Shown: positions 1 through 11,655 of the stretch, piece after piece
Layout: each line of letters begins with the position of its first letter
Position numbering within the stretch: position 1 is the stretch's first letter
Assembly: GCF_036321535.1 (NCBI RefSeq)
Contig: NC_087437.1
Coordinates: forward strand, 1,736,001-1,800,000
Source of the DNA: Camelus dromedarius
Lineage: Eukaryota
DNA length: 64,000 nucleotides
Direction: 5' to 3'
Position numbers and translations under genes: made by a program
Notes under the pieces: model-generated
The model's database searches: none
What the model was told of the DNA's origin: nothing
The model's input: only the letters and a program-made list of their open reading frames with translations

Positions 1-48
1 CGGCTCCTTGATGATGAAGTCCTTGCCACACACAGGCCACAGAGCTAA
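1..48 (-). CDS. Candidate coding exon of an unidentified gene, truncated by window edge (LALWPVCGKDFIIKEP)
   Basis: Minus-strand acceptor ttctctccccag| (AG at 49-50; alternative tttctgcag| AG at 62-63) followed by an open frame to the edge. Peptide not recognised. Confidence 0.2.
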
Positions 49-1957
49 CTGGGGAGAGAAGCTGCAGAAACGGGAAGGAGGCTGGGCTGGGGAAGCCTGA
101 AGGCCCACCAGAGACCAAAGGGACTCTGCCTCCTTGCCGGCAGATTCGGCGCGGAGACTGGACCTGATAGCTCTTTCATAAAGCCCCCTTTTGGGAAAAC
201 TGAAAGCCAAAGGGGAAACTGTAACACACATCCAGGAAAGGGAGGCACAGGAAGAGCAAGGAGCCCCCCCCTCATCAGCGTGAGGTGCATCAGAGGAACC
301 CACTCAGCCCTCGGCCCATCCTCCCTCTGCCCGTTTCTCTAACAGCTCTGGCACTCCTCCAAGCAGAATCAGCCAAGGCATCCGTCGCAGTCCTCTGTGT
401 CGCCTGGGCACACAGAAAAGGAGGAAATCCCACTCTCTGCCCTCAAGCAGCTTATAACAAGGCAGAGGGACAATGTACCAAACAAAAACTTCATGCAAGC
501 CAGTCTCCTCATTCGTGACAGAGACTGCTGTCCTCATAGGGCCACTGCAGGAAGGAAATCCTCAGTTTATTTCACTTTAATTTGACTGAGAGACATGGAA
601 AGCTCTTGGCACAGGGTTCAATGCAGACAGATTTGGATAAATAGCAAGAAAATGAAAGACTTCCGGGGGTCACACGGAGGGAGGGAATCCTCCAAGAGGG
701 CCTACTGCACAGAAGGGGCCGCCTGAGGCAGAGCCAGGGGAGCGTGAAGGAGGCCCGCTCCTGCACACAGGGACCCCGGGGGCCCCCCAGGCCCCACCAG
801 GGCTGCACGGTGCCCAGGTCCCTCAGCTGGTGACCAGCGGACACCAGGACCCACTGGCTGGGGACCCAGGGCCAGGCACCCGTCTCCCGTCGTCTGCTTT
901 TCCTTGTGTGTAAGATGGCTCAGATAACAGGACTGGCTGTGTGGTTCCTGGGACTAGAGGAGGATGTGTAGACAAGTGTAAGGAAGGGAAATGTAAAGCT
1001 AGGCTGCGGGTGTGCAGGGGGGCCTGGGATTCCAGGGGGAGGAGCCAGGACTTAAGGGGCCCAGCGCCTCCAGCTCCAGGGGATACACGTTTGGCCCTGT
1101 CTCTCTGCGAGGTGGACTGGACAACAGGACTCAAGTCAGGAGGCGGTTGTGAAGGCACCGGGGAAAGTCAGGAAGCCTGTCCGCGGTGTGGAAATGTGAA
1201 CGGATGCACTCCATGTCCCCCATTGCTCAGACGCCCAGCAGCAACCAGGGAAATTAAGGTGCTGGTCCCCAAATGCAGGCTTAGGCAGCCCCAGCAAACG
1301 GCAGCAGGCTTCGGCTTTGCAGAGACTCTGGGTACAATTCAAGGACCCACTTTCCTCCTGAGTCAAGTAAGCATCTGGAACTAAACGTAGATGCTCTAGT
1401 TTCCAGGGCAATAAAGAAACGCTACTTTTAGTTCGTACACGTGGGCTTCCTGCAGACACAACACAGCCACATACAGGACCGTGCGTAACTCACACCAGGG
1501 TGAGCGATGTCTCCTCCACTGGAGAAAGCTGGTAAGGCAGTTCACACAGAGCAACAAAAACATTCAAGGAAAAAAGGTGTCTGCTGGAGAGCTGACGGCA
1601 TGGCACCCATGCATGGGATCAGTTCCTTCAAACACCACCGTACTAAGTCCAGGGATCTCTGCGTGTCACCACCACCACCCGGCCACACACCGGGGATTCT
1701 CTGCTCAGTCCCCTGAGGAAGAAGCAGGCGGCGTGCAGCGTACCTGCTCTGGATGCTCTGCACTGGGTCAGAGTCAGACTGGGGTGTCTGGTGTGCTCTC
1801 AGACGCCTTCACCTGGAGCAGGCCACTGCCTGCTCTGTAAACAATGGTGACCCCAAGGAACCTACCTGGGGGCGAGGGACATGAAAGAGAAGTCTGGGTA
1901 GCACGACATTATCATTCTACATGATTCATAATGGCACACGAGAGACCCAAAGCACAC

Positions 1958-2031
1958 CTGATTTGATGGAAAATTCTGTCCAGAGCTGGAGACAATGAGC
2001 CGCCTTCTCTAATGACAGCTTTAACTCTGCT
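1958..2031 (-). CDS. Weak candidate exon (74 nt; SRVKAVIREGGSLSPALDRIFHQI or AELKLSLEKAAHCLQLWTEFSIKS)
   Basis: ctttacatttcag| acceptor, cag|gtgtgc donor, two open frames. It overlaps an enhancer-like motif cluster, so it may be non-coding. Confidence 0.15.
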
Positions 2032-2638
2032 CTGAAATGTAAAGTCGGACTCGAGATTTTCCTTTTTTCCCTTTCTCTTCTCTTTACCTTTGAACACAGT
2101 CCAGGTAAACAAACACATTCATAAGCGAAGCGGGCACACTGAATCGCCGCTGACTGGGGTCACATGGGGAGGAGCAGAGCAGAGATGAAAGGCTGCATCT
2201 CGTTTCTCATGGCTATTCACAGGCCTCACTCTGGAGCCTGCACTTTTACTTAAAAATAAATAATAGATTTGCAGCCTCCTGGTTTGTAACAAGACAAATG
2301 CTATTGTGTTTTGGGTTTCAGTGACACCTGACAGACTGGGAAGCTTGTTTTTAATTCACTCCTACAACCTTAAAGAACAAAGAAAGCTTGATGGGGTTGA
2401 ATGCTATTAATAAGTTGAGCCCCCAAACTTTCTCTAAAGACAGTTATTGCCTCTCCTAAGATGGTCCCTTTGAAGCTATTACTTAATGGAATTTTATTGT
2501 TTATCACTAAATCTATTTTTGTTGATCTTGAAAAATCAAAAGCTGGCTGAAATCACCATTTATAGCCTTTGTGGGTTTTTTTTCTCCAGAACATGTATAG
2601 TATTCTTTTAGCCTAAGTAAAAACATTAAATGAGATGT

Positions 2639-3008
2639 TGATATGGGCTGAATGTTTCTGTCCCCTCTAAAACAAATCGTATGCTGAAGCCCTACCCGCA
2701 GTGTGATGGAATTCAGTGTGAGGCCTCTGGGAGGTGATCAGGGTCAGATTTAGCTGGGAGTGGGGAGCTCCCATGGTGCGAGGTGTCCTTACAAGAAGAG
2801 ACACCTGAGAGCCTGTGCTTCTTCTCCTTTCTTGCTTGAGAAGGTGGCCGGCCGTCTGCAGCCAGGAAGAGAACGGTCCCTGGGAACCGAACTGGCCAAC
2901 ACCTTGATCTTGGATTTCTAGGCTCCAGAACTGTGAGACATAAATTTCATTTGTTTAAGCCTCCCAGTCTGTCGCATGTTGCAGTGGCAGCCAGAGCCGA
3001 ACAAGACA
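2639..3008 (+). mobile_element. ERVL-MaLR solo LTR, MLT1A/MLT1A0-like
   Basis: Starts tgatatgggctgaatgtttctgtccc, contains ccttgatcttggatttctaggctccagaactgtgaga and ends ...ccgaacaagaca. TG...CA termini; flanks gatgt/aatgt resemble a 5-bp TSD. Confidence 0.9.
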
Positions 3009-5490
3009 AATGTCAATCCAGACGAAAGGCTCTGTCCTCCAAGAAGCAAAGGAGACATTCTTTGGGCTCCTCATGAGTGCAAAATCAGTGATCTTTCAAA
3101 CAACTATGGAGGAGCTGAAAGCAGCAACTCAGAAAATAATGCCCCTGCACGCTGAGGTACCAAGTAGCTCCAACATGACAGCTCACACTCAGACATTTTC
3201 TTTATGGAAATGTCTGAATTATTTCAGAGAAAGTGCCTTTCACATTATTAATTTGTGAGCCTGATAACTGCTTCTCCTCTTAATCCTAGAACTCTAACTA
3301 CTCATCTCAGCAAACTCCAACTTTCCTTCATCTTTTATCACGTGTCCCTTTAGCCCTTTGCTTGGTTTAGTCACTGGTTTGCTTCATAACTTTAAGTGAA
3401 GTGTTTTCCTTCAGATTTTCATAAAGCCAGGACATACAGTGTTGCACCAACTACTTTAGAAGCTGCTTTAGCTGCGTGCAATTTGTGTGCAGAGGGGATA
3501 GTAAGGAGGGGAGGGGATGGTACGAAGGGGAATGGAGGTAATGCTTTGCAAATGGTAGGACCCTGCACCCAGCACTGACAAGGGTCAAGGGTGTGGGAAG
3601 GAGACTGGGAACTTTCCTGGGTCCATGTACTCCCAGCAGCAAGCATGCTGGCCCCAGTGGTTACCTGAAACCCAGGTTCAGGTATCAGTTAACAGCAGAA
3701 ATGGTAATTCACAGACCAGATCAACCTGAGGACCAACAGAGTCTGCTTCAGAAGGACAGCTGAGCCCTCAGTGTGAAGCCAAGTCTACCCACTCATCAGA
3801 GTAAACTGCTAGGAATCCTGCAACACACCTATTTGCAGAATGCTAAATCTGCAGAAAATTACACCTAAAATACAGCCTGCTTTTAGTAAATATTCAATAA
3901 ATGCATGTAGAATTAATGAATCTGCCACACACAAAAAAGACAAAACACACAGTGTCTAGGTTTGACCTGATAATATACATTCAGATTTCTTTTCCTTTCT
4001 TTTCCTTTTCTATCTTCTCTCTCTTTCTCTGTTTCTCTCTTTTTTCCCTTCTTAACAAGCACTGGAACAAGAGGTGGAAAATGGAAAGAACTGTGGGGGG
4101 CTTCGAGTCCTTGGCTGCCTTAGGAAAAAGGAAGAACAGAAATCAGAGTGTTTTGTGGCCACAGGAACCACCAGGCAGCCGGTTCCCAGAAAGCCCTTGG
4201 TGTTTCAGTTAGCTTTGGTCCTGAGCTAATCACGAAAAGGCGCCCAGCCCTGGGGAGAGGGGCGCTGGACCACTGTTCTTCCTGCTAAAAGGCTGGCCCT
4301 GGAAGAAGCACTCATTCACCAGGTGCTGGGTGGGACTGAAAGCCTCGCATGGCTGCACCTCTTCCAGGCTGTGCACAGTCAATGCTCCTGCTCTCCAGGG
4401 GACAGCTGACCTACTGTTGTCTGGTGACACTGGCTCCCTAATGCCTGTCCCTCTGTGGGCCCACCCCATTTCCTGTTGCTGAAGAGAATACAGATCCCCA
4501 AGACAGGCCCAATGGAGAAGGGCCCTCTGCTCAGCCTTTTCTGACTGTCTACTTAGCCCACTGTCCACGCCCCTGTGGGCTCATGTCACTCATCTGCCCC
4601 TTCTGGTTCTCCAGCAGAAACCCCACCAGTCCAAGCCACTCTCCACTCTGAGGCCAGAGAAATTTCCCTGAGTATTTAGTCAGATACCAGCGATACTTGA
4701 ATTAAGCTACAGCTCCTTCACTGCTCTGGAATGAAACCCAGGCTCCTTCAGCCAAGCTGGGGTCACTGCCCCAGCAGGAACCACCAGGCGGATCCAGGCT
4801 GCAGGTACCCATGCCCGGGGTGCTCTGCCCTCTCCTTCACTTCTGAGTGGTCACGTGAGGGCAGCCTCTGCTGAAATACAGCCTGCTTCACCTCCTGCTC
4901 TCACCAACTCCCACCCACCTTCCAGCTGAAACACCCCTTCCTGGGAATTCTTCTTCACCACTGTCACACTCACACTGTTTCACCTGCACTTGTCTGAATC
5001 CCCCACATAACTAAATGTTCTGGGGGGCAATGAATTGGTCTGACCAGTTCACAGTGAAACCTTTGTGCACCTGGTGCCTGCCTATCACTGACAGGCACTC
5101 CATGAGGGGCCACAGGCTCATGACCATCCACCTCCACTGAGCAAAGTTCACAGGAGAGGAACACAGTGGCAGCGTGAGTACAGAAGCCGCCAGGCACTGG
5201 GCTCAACACCGTGAGCAACATGCTCCCCTTCATAGGTTTGGCTCATTTAATCTGCACTCTTTCTGCACATACCAGATGCCACCCCCCACCCCACGCTCAG
5301 CCAGCCGTCTTTGCACTTTATTGAACATACAGAGGGAAATTACTGCAGTCCAGCCAGATGTTATGCCAATGCTAAACCCAAGTCTCGATGTCCATCAGGA
5401 ATGCCACCTCCACAGTCGGCCCTGAGGGTCTAGAGGGTCTAATCCCAAATGGGCTCCACGTCCTCTCCACTGAGGGATTTTGCCTAGGAC

Positions 5491-5973
5491 TGTCATCCGT
5501 TAAAAGTCTCTTCTTTATGAAAATACATGAAATACCACTAAACAAACTAATAAACAGAAACGTCATTTAAATTGGAGTCAGGAGACCAGGAGGGAGACCT
5601 CTGGCACCCTACTCCTCGACAGCAATCGCAGAAACAACAGGAGATGTATGTTTACATCCCCAACAGGGAGAACTTTATTACCTTACTACCCAGCAGGAGG
5701 AAGGGAGAATTCCTTCCTGCCCGGCAACAGCCCAGCCAATGAGAGACTCACGACTCAGCCAGTGGAAACTCCGTCTCCTCCAGTGGACTTTTTGTTTGTA
5801 ACAGCCCCTCCCAGCTCCCCTCTTCTCCTCTATAAATGTTCCTCTCCTTTGTCCTCCAGACCTGCCTGTGGCTCGCCCTAGATCGCATGTCCTGAATTAC
5901 AATTCTTTGCTGTTACTGAATAAACCCATTCTGCTGGTAAAGTAACAGGCTGCTTTGTTGTTTTAGGTCAGCA
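5491..5973 (+). mobile_element. ERV1-class solo LTR (MER34/MER39-like 3' end)
   Basis: CCAAT 5736-5740, TATAAA 5831-5836, AATAAA 5919-5924, terminal ttttaggtcagca. Possible TSD aggac/aggtc. The 5' boundary is uncertain (5491-5570). Confidence 0.75.
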
Positions 5974-6850
5974 AGGTCTAGCGAAGTAATAGAAGAAAGC
6001 AAGAATGAAAGTCACTTGAAATTAGGAGCTACCGACTTATTAGTCCACCTATTATCACAGTATTTTGAACACAGTAAGTACCCAGGAAAGGTTTGCTGAA
6101 CTGAATAAAAAATACTAGTCACTTCTTGCTATCCGAAAGTTCAGTTTAATGGGTTGAGGGCCCTTTCTCTGATGGTTAGGCATTGGCAGTTAGCCAATGA
6201 ATCCTCGGTACTCAGATGCTCAATAAGTAGATTTCAAAGATTTTCCTAGGATAGCACGGGAGTTACTTGGGCAAGAGAAGGGGATAATATGAGAAGAGAG
6301 AAAGACTGGTGGCTTTTTGAGGGCTAGGCAGAGGGCTACCCGTTAGCTTAAAAGAAAGACAGCAGATTTAACTCAACATTAAGAAAACAGGTCATTTTAC
6401 ACTTCCTCATAACTCACGCTAGAACTGCCTGTCCAAGGTAAAAATTTAATCCCGTTCTCTTATTACCAAGAACGCTATGTTCAGTGGTCTCCTTGCATTT
6501 TGGAAAGTTGATTATTTAAAAAAGAGGTTTTGATGAGCTAATAACAATTTTCAAAAGCTATGAGCTTGGGAACTCCCTCATAACAAACTCTAGAACAAAA
6601 AGCTACTTTGTTAACAAAAAAGATAGCCTGCAGTAACAATAGCACCAAACCAAGATTTTGCAGCTCGGTAGGATAAAGTGCCGCAAATAAATTTATGCCT
6701 CTATGTCCAGAGAGAGAGAGATGTTCCAGCAATTACATTTAGGTAAATAATCAACTTAAATAATCCAACTCAAAATTAAATTGCATAACATAGAATACTT
6801 AATTGGAATTTTTAAAATAAATATTTCAAAGGAAGATTCTAATTCCATTA

Positions 6851-6869
6851 AATATATATATATATATAT
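6851..6869. repeat. (AT)n microsatellite
   Basis: aatatatatatatatatat seen directly. Confidence 0.85.
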
Positions 6870-9011
6870 GAAAAATATAAAGTATTAGCTCCCTGGGAAA
6901 ATGTAAAATAAATGAGTGTACTGTAAGTACAAATATCTCAGTACACATTCTGACACAGAAATTCATACTACAGATGGTAAACATATAAATCACCATAGAT
7001 TAAAGAAGCATGCATGAAAAGTTAGCAAGCAAACTGGGATTATAATGAATTCTAAGCATTTCTGTATTGACAAAAACCACCAAACAAAATAAAGAACATT
7101 ACTCTGTATTGAAATAAAGCACTTTGTGGAGCAAAGCTTGAAATGCCTCTGGGGACCCACTGGTGCAGTAAACTGTACCGCTCTCACGAGCCTGTGCGTG
7201 CCATGCTGTGGGACACAGCCAGGCCACTGCCATCTGTGACTGTGACATAAGTTAATGACCATGTTGTTATAAATAAAAGTATCATTAGAAAACAAGTACT
7301 ACCCCCAGATAAGATGGAACATGAGAGATCCTCCCCAGAGCGATGGATTAAATGGCAATCCTCACCATCCCAGGAGACACATAGAGTAGTTTGGGGAAAC
7401 AGAACCATTAATTAAGAGATACAGAAAAAGAAGAAAAAAAAAAGAAAAAAAACAAAGCAGGAAAGAAATAGCCTACGGCTTCTCCCAAACCAAATGGATG
7501 AAGTGGAAGCTAGTGCCACAGAGACTGATGAGCCAATGGTTTCTGCCCCCGCCTCTCTCAACTGATGGAGCCATTGTCCATGATTCAGGATTGTGAAGAC
7601 AAGACAGTGACGGGAGAAAATGATGGTCCCAAGGTCAAAGGCAGAGAAGGGCTCTCTTAGTCTCAAGGAGGCAGCATCGAAGGAAGATGCTGGTTTATCA
7701 CACATAGGACACACCAGGGGACACAGTTCCCATCAAAAAGTAAACCAAGTGTCAACTGTATGTCACAAAGAACAGAAGAGACCCTAATAAGTTTAAGGTC
7801 AAATTCTTCCTCCAAAGTAACAAATTTGTAATGCATGTTGGCAGAGTGAAATTTTCCTTCAGTAAGTGCAAAGCAGAAGCCAATGGTTCTGCGTGCACAA
7901 ACACCCTGGTCTCTTTATCAAAGGATCACTGAGAACTGCCGGGCCTGAGAGGTCACCCAGGGCAACCTCATGGCCCACGTGGAGAGAGACCACCCTGGGT
8001 GCACTTGGGACTCATCTTAAGGCTCCGTAACGATGCCACTGAGACACTGCTCACTAACCCACAATGTCCCCCCAATCAAACTTCTCAAAAAACATACCCT
8101 CTGATCCTAGAATCATGGATAGCTATGCTTCTTTGAAACAAAGAACTTGCTTTACCCAATGAGCCTTGGGAACCAGGCAACTGGCTAGGATTCCCTTTTC
8201 CTGCCGGCTGCTGTATACACAGCATATGGCTAAAATCGGGCACAGCCCCAGCGCATGCCCGGGCTCTGTGTTCTGTCAGCTCACACCCAGTTCTTGCCCG
8301 CGGGCCTACTTTTCTTCTTCCTTGTTTTCCTCACTTCTAACTGACACATTTGTTTTTGTACTCTCTGTATCCTTTTCACCAACTTTAAATGCATTTTAAA
8401 ACTAAACAACATATAAATTTTAAATAAGTAAACAACTATGAAAAACACAAACTCATTCATTTTTCAAGTGGGAAAATTAAGGTCCAAAGAACTGCCAGTA
8501 GTAACATGGTACTAGACAAAACACACGCCATGCTAAATCTTCGGTAATAAACTGGACAAGGGAAACTAAGAATATATGTTTATTTGCATAGTGAAAAATG
8601 ATAATAAATCAGCTTGTGATTCCTTGGGGAAAATATTTTCTATTTTATTAACAATAGAAAATGGATATCTGCTCCTGCGTAGGAGCAAAACTCGCTGGAA
8701 TATAAAGGGAGTTTGAAGGGTTCTGGTGACCAGCACTACTCATCACAGGTACTCCAAGATGAGGCCAATTTAGGAAAAAAACATTTCATGTCAGGGAGCC
8801 CGCCAAAGGCCACATCCATATGTCACCAAAGGTGGAGTCATAAATTGTAAAGCGGGCCCTGTCTGCCAAGCGCCTGCTCTCTGCCACAGACTGTGGGTGC
8901 AAATCGCTTCTGAGGCCCTTGGGAACATGGTAATGAATACCCTTGAGGGACATCCTGAATATTTACCAGAAAGAAGCCTGAAGGATTCCAAGGGGGACGG
9001 CCACAACTCAC

Positions 9012-9087
9012 CTCAACAAAAACTCCTCGAATGTTAACAATTTTAGGGATCAAAGGTGAACCACCCATAGTCAGGAGAATCTGAAAC
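9012..9087 (-). CDS. Best candidate internal exon (76 nt; xFQILLTMGGSPLIPKIVNIRGVFVE), unidentified gene
   Basis: Strong acceptor (T-rich tract then ccctcactag|) and consensus donor gag|gtgagt. Exactly one frame is open. Lies in apparently unique sequence. Confidence 0.35.
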
Positions 9088-9289
9088 CTAGTGAGGGAAA
9101 AAAATGTATGCACCTTGTATACAAGGAAGAGCGAGATGATCGCTGAGACAGAGGCACAGAGGGGTATGGAGCGCTAAGAAGGAACACAGTTTCTTCTGGA
9201 AAGAAGCTAGGAAACCAGGAAATAAGCTTTCTGATAATGACTTCAGTAGCTTCATAAAATGCGCTGCTCATTTTCCTCTCTACCTTCTG

Positions 9290-10900
9290 ATTTCGGGGAC
9301 AACTTGTAAAAGATCAAAAGTGACTGTTCCTTAAAAATTTACCAGAAATCACCTATACCATTTTCCATAGAGATTTTGGGGGAAAAAGTCTTTCACTACT
9401 ATTTCCATGATTGGTTTAAGCATATATTGGTCTAACCATGTTCTCTATTTCTTCTCATGGCAATTTTGAGATTTTATATTTTTCCTGAAAAGGTATTAAT
9501 TTTGTTTAGTTTCCATCCCTGCCCCGCAAATTTATTTATATTTGTTTCAATGCTGTTTTCATTGGAAATGTTTTTGCTCTGTAGCTGTTTCCCTCATCTC
9601 CTGCTCGCATTTATTCTTTCTTCCTGTTCAGTCTATCAAAGGTGTGTCTTTCAAAGGTCTACTTTTTTATTTTCTCAACATTCTTTATCATTTATTATTA
9701 TTTTGTTCTGTGTTTTACTGCTTTAGGTACTTGCCTTTATTATTCCCCTCCTTCTGATTTCCTTGAATTTTGTTTCGTTGTTTTTTTTTTTAAACCAACT
9801 TTTGACTTGAATGTGTGGCTCATTTATTTTTTACCCTTTCTTGTTTACTGATAAAACCCCTTCAAGCACTGCTTGAAGTATACCCCACAGTTCTGACATT
9901 CAGTGTTTTCACTTTCAATTCTAAGTGTACCGTTTCATTTCAAAATTTCCTTTTTAACCCAAGGGTTATTTAGAAATGTGCTATTTAATCTGTAACCACA
10001 GGGGCTTTTGTTGGTGGGGGCGCTCCCAATTTGTTAGTAACTTCTGACTCCATTGCACAGCACGGAGAGACCCTAACGTGCATCGCTTTCATCCTTGGGA
10101 ATCACTGAGGGTCCTTTTTGGCAGAATTCATACCTATTCCCCATGAGACCCCAAAAGCCACATTCTCCGCCCACTGAGTGTACAGTTCTAGGCATATTTC
10201 TAACAGCACAAGATTTTTAATTGTGTTGCTCAGGTCTTCTCCGTGTCTGTTTACTTTCTGACTGCAGGATCTATGCTCCTAAGAGAAGTGTGTTAAAAAC
10301 ATTCAGTACGATCGTTGATTTCCGCTCTCCCTGCTGAGCTGTCCGATGTTGCTTGGTGTATTTTTGGGCTGTGTGTTAGACGCCTGTGTTCTGGTGACTG
10401 CACCTTCCCTGTGTTCTTGCTGTTCTCATGTTCTTTTTCTCTCTTTCTAACAATTCCTCTTTTTCCCTTATAATATATTTACTTTAAGTTACTGCTACTT
10501 TCTCTTGGATTCTATTTATGTGGTCTATCTCCTTTCCATCCTTTTATTTTCAACTTTTCTCTGCCTCTCTTTTGAAGTATATTTCATGTAGATAACTCAC
10601 TTTTGCATCTGGATTTTCCATTCAGCCTGAGCGCTTCTCTTTATAATGGACAAGCCAGTAACATTTACCAAAATTACTATCCTAGTGGATTCTGGCCACT
10701 TTTTTCACATTTTCCATTTAATGTACTTTTTGTTTTCTTCCCCATCCCACCCACCTTTCCTATTTTTGATTGGAGAGATCACATTTTCTTCTGCTAGTTT
10801 TCTGTACACACAGTGGCCGCTTTTTCGATCTGTTCTAATGTTCATTTATCTCCACTGTCAAGTCCCTCTGGTTTCCCCTTAACTGAATAATGCAGATAAT
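9290..10900 (-). mobile_element. Highly decayed L1M (L1ME-like) ORF2-region fragment
   Basis: Long T-rich stretch with antisense L1 motifs, e.g. tataccccacagttctgacattcagtgttttcac and ggttatttagaaatgtgctatttaat. Confidence 0.7.
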
Positions 10901-10927
10901 GCCTAGAATTTTAGTCCTGGGTCACTT

Positions 10928-11339
10928 TGTCTATAGAGTTTCTCTCTCCTTTTTACTTATTTATTGTTTTGGTCCTTGATTTTGGCCCAGCCCACATTAC
11001 AAACCAAACCCTGAGTCACCATGCATTACAGGAATGCCTGTCAAGGAACCTCACACACCAATCAGAGTCCTCCACCCAGCCTGGCTAACTCACCTGACCC
11101 CAGAAATGAGGCCCCGCCAGCCTCCCAGGGACACTCCAGCCTCCTCGTCAACCCTGCCCTGTTTCCCTCTTGCTCCATCTAATGTTCCATAAACCCGCCT
11201 CTTGCCCCAGATCCCTCAGCAATGATGCTCCCCAGCTTGTGAGCCACTGTGTTCCCTGAGTCCACGGACTGTCTTCTCTTGAGTAAAGGATCTCAAACTC
11301 GCTAGTAAATTATTGTATCTTTTCTTGTCCTCTGTAGCA
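10928..11339 (+). mobile_element. Probable solo LTR, family not recognised
   Basis: About 410 bp with TG...CA ends, ccaatcaga box, cataaa TATA-like box, agtaaa polyA-like signals and a T-rich U5-like end. It interrupts an old T-rich L1-like region. Confidence 0.45.
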
Positions 11340-11554
11340 CTGCCAGGCTTTCCCAGGGGTGTTCTCCTCCAGACTCCCCTCACCACTCAGGCTGCCGTGT
11401 GCTCGTTACCCTGCACACCTAAATGCTTCTCCCAACACATCTCAGGATGGGTCTTCACCCAGAAAGCTTTATAAGGCCTTGAACTGATGAAGATACTTAC
11501 TTGTGTGACAGTTTGGCTGAAAATAAAGCTAAAGGCAGTGAGAAAGGGGAAAGC

Positions 11555-11655
11555 AGAACTTAGTGTGAATGCGCTTCAGGCCAGTGAACTGTACGCTAAA
11601 ATATGGTTAAAATGGTCGATTTTATGTTACACAGATTTTAGCACAATTAAAAGGA
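11555..11655 (+). mobile_element. L1MB-type 3' terminus fragment
   Basis: gtgaactgtacgctaaaatatggttaaaatggtcgattttatgttac...cacaattaaaa. Confidence 0.8.

Noticed and set aside
1813..2031. Alternative spliced frame LQLWTEFSIKSGRFLGVT resembling the hAT transposase D-x-W-T motif region
   Set aside because: The catalytic Asp is absent and the similarity depends on an unproven splice.
7493..7700. Acidic, coding-looking plus-strand stretch (MDEVEASATETDEP...) as a processed pseudogene
   Set aside because: Multiple stops, no recognised parent gene, and no downstream polyA tail or TSD.
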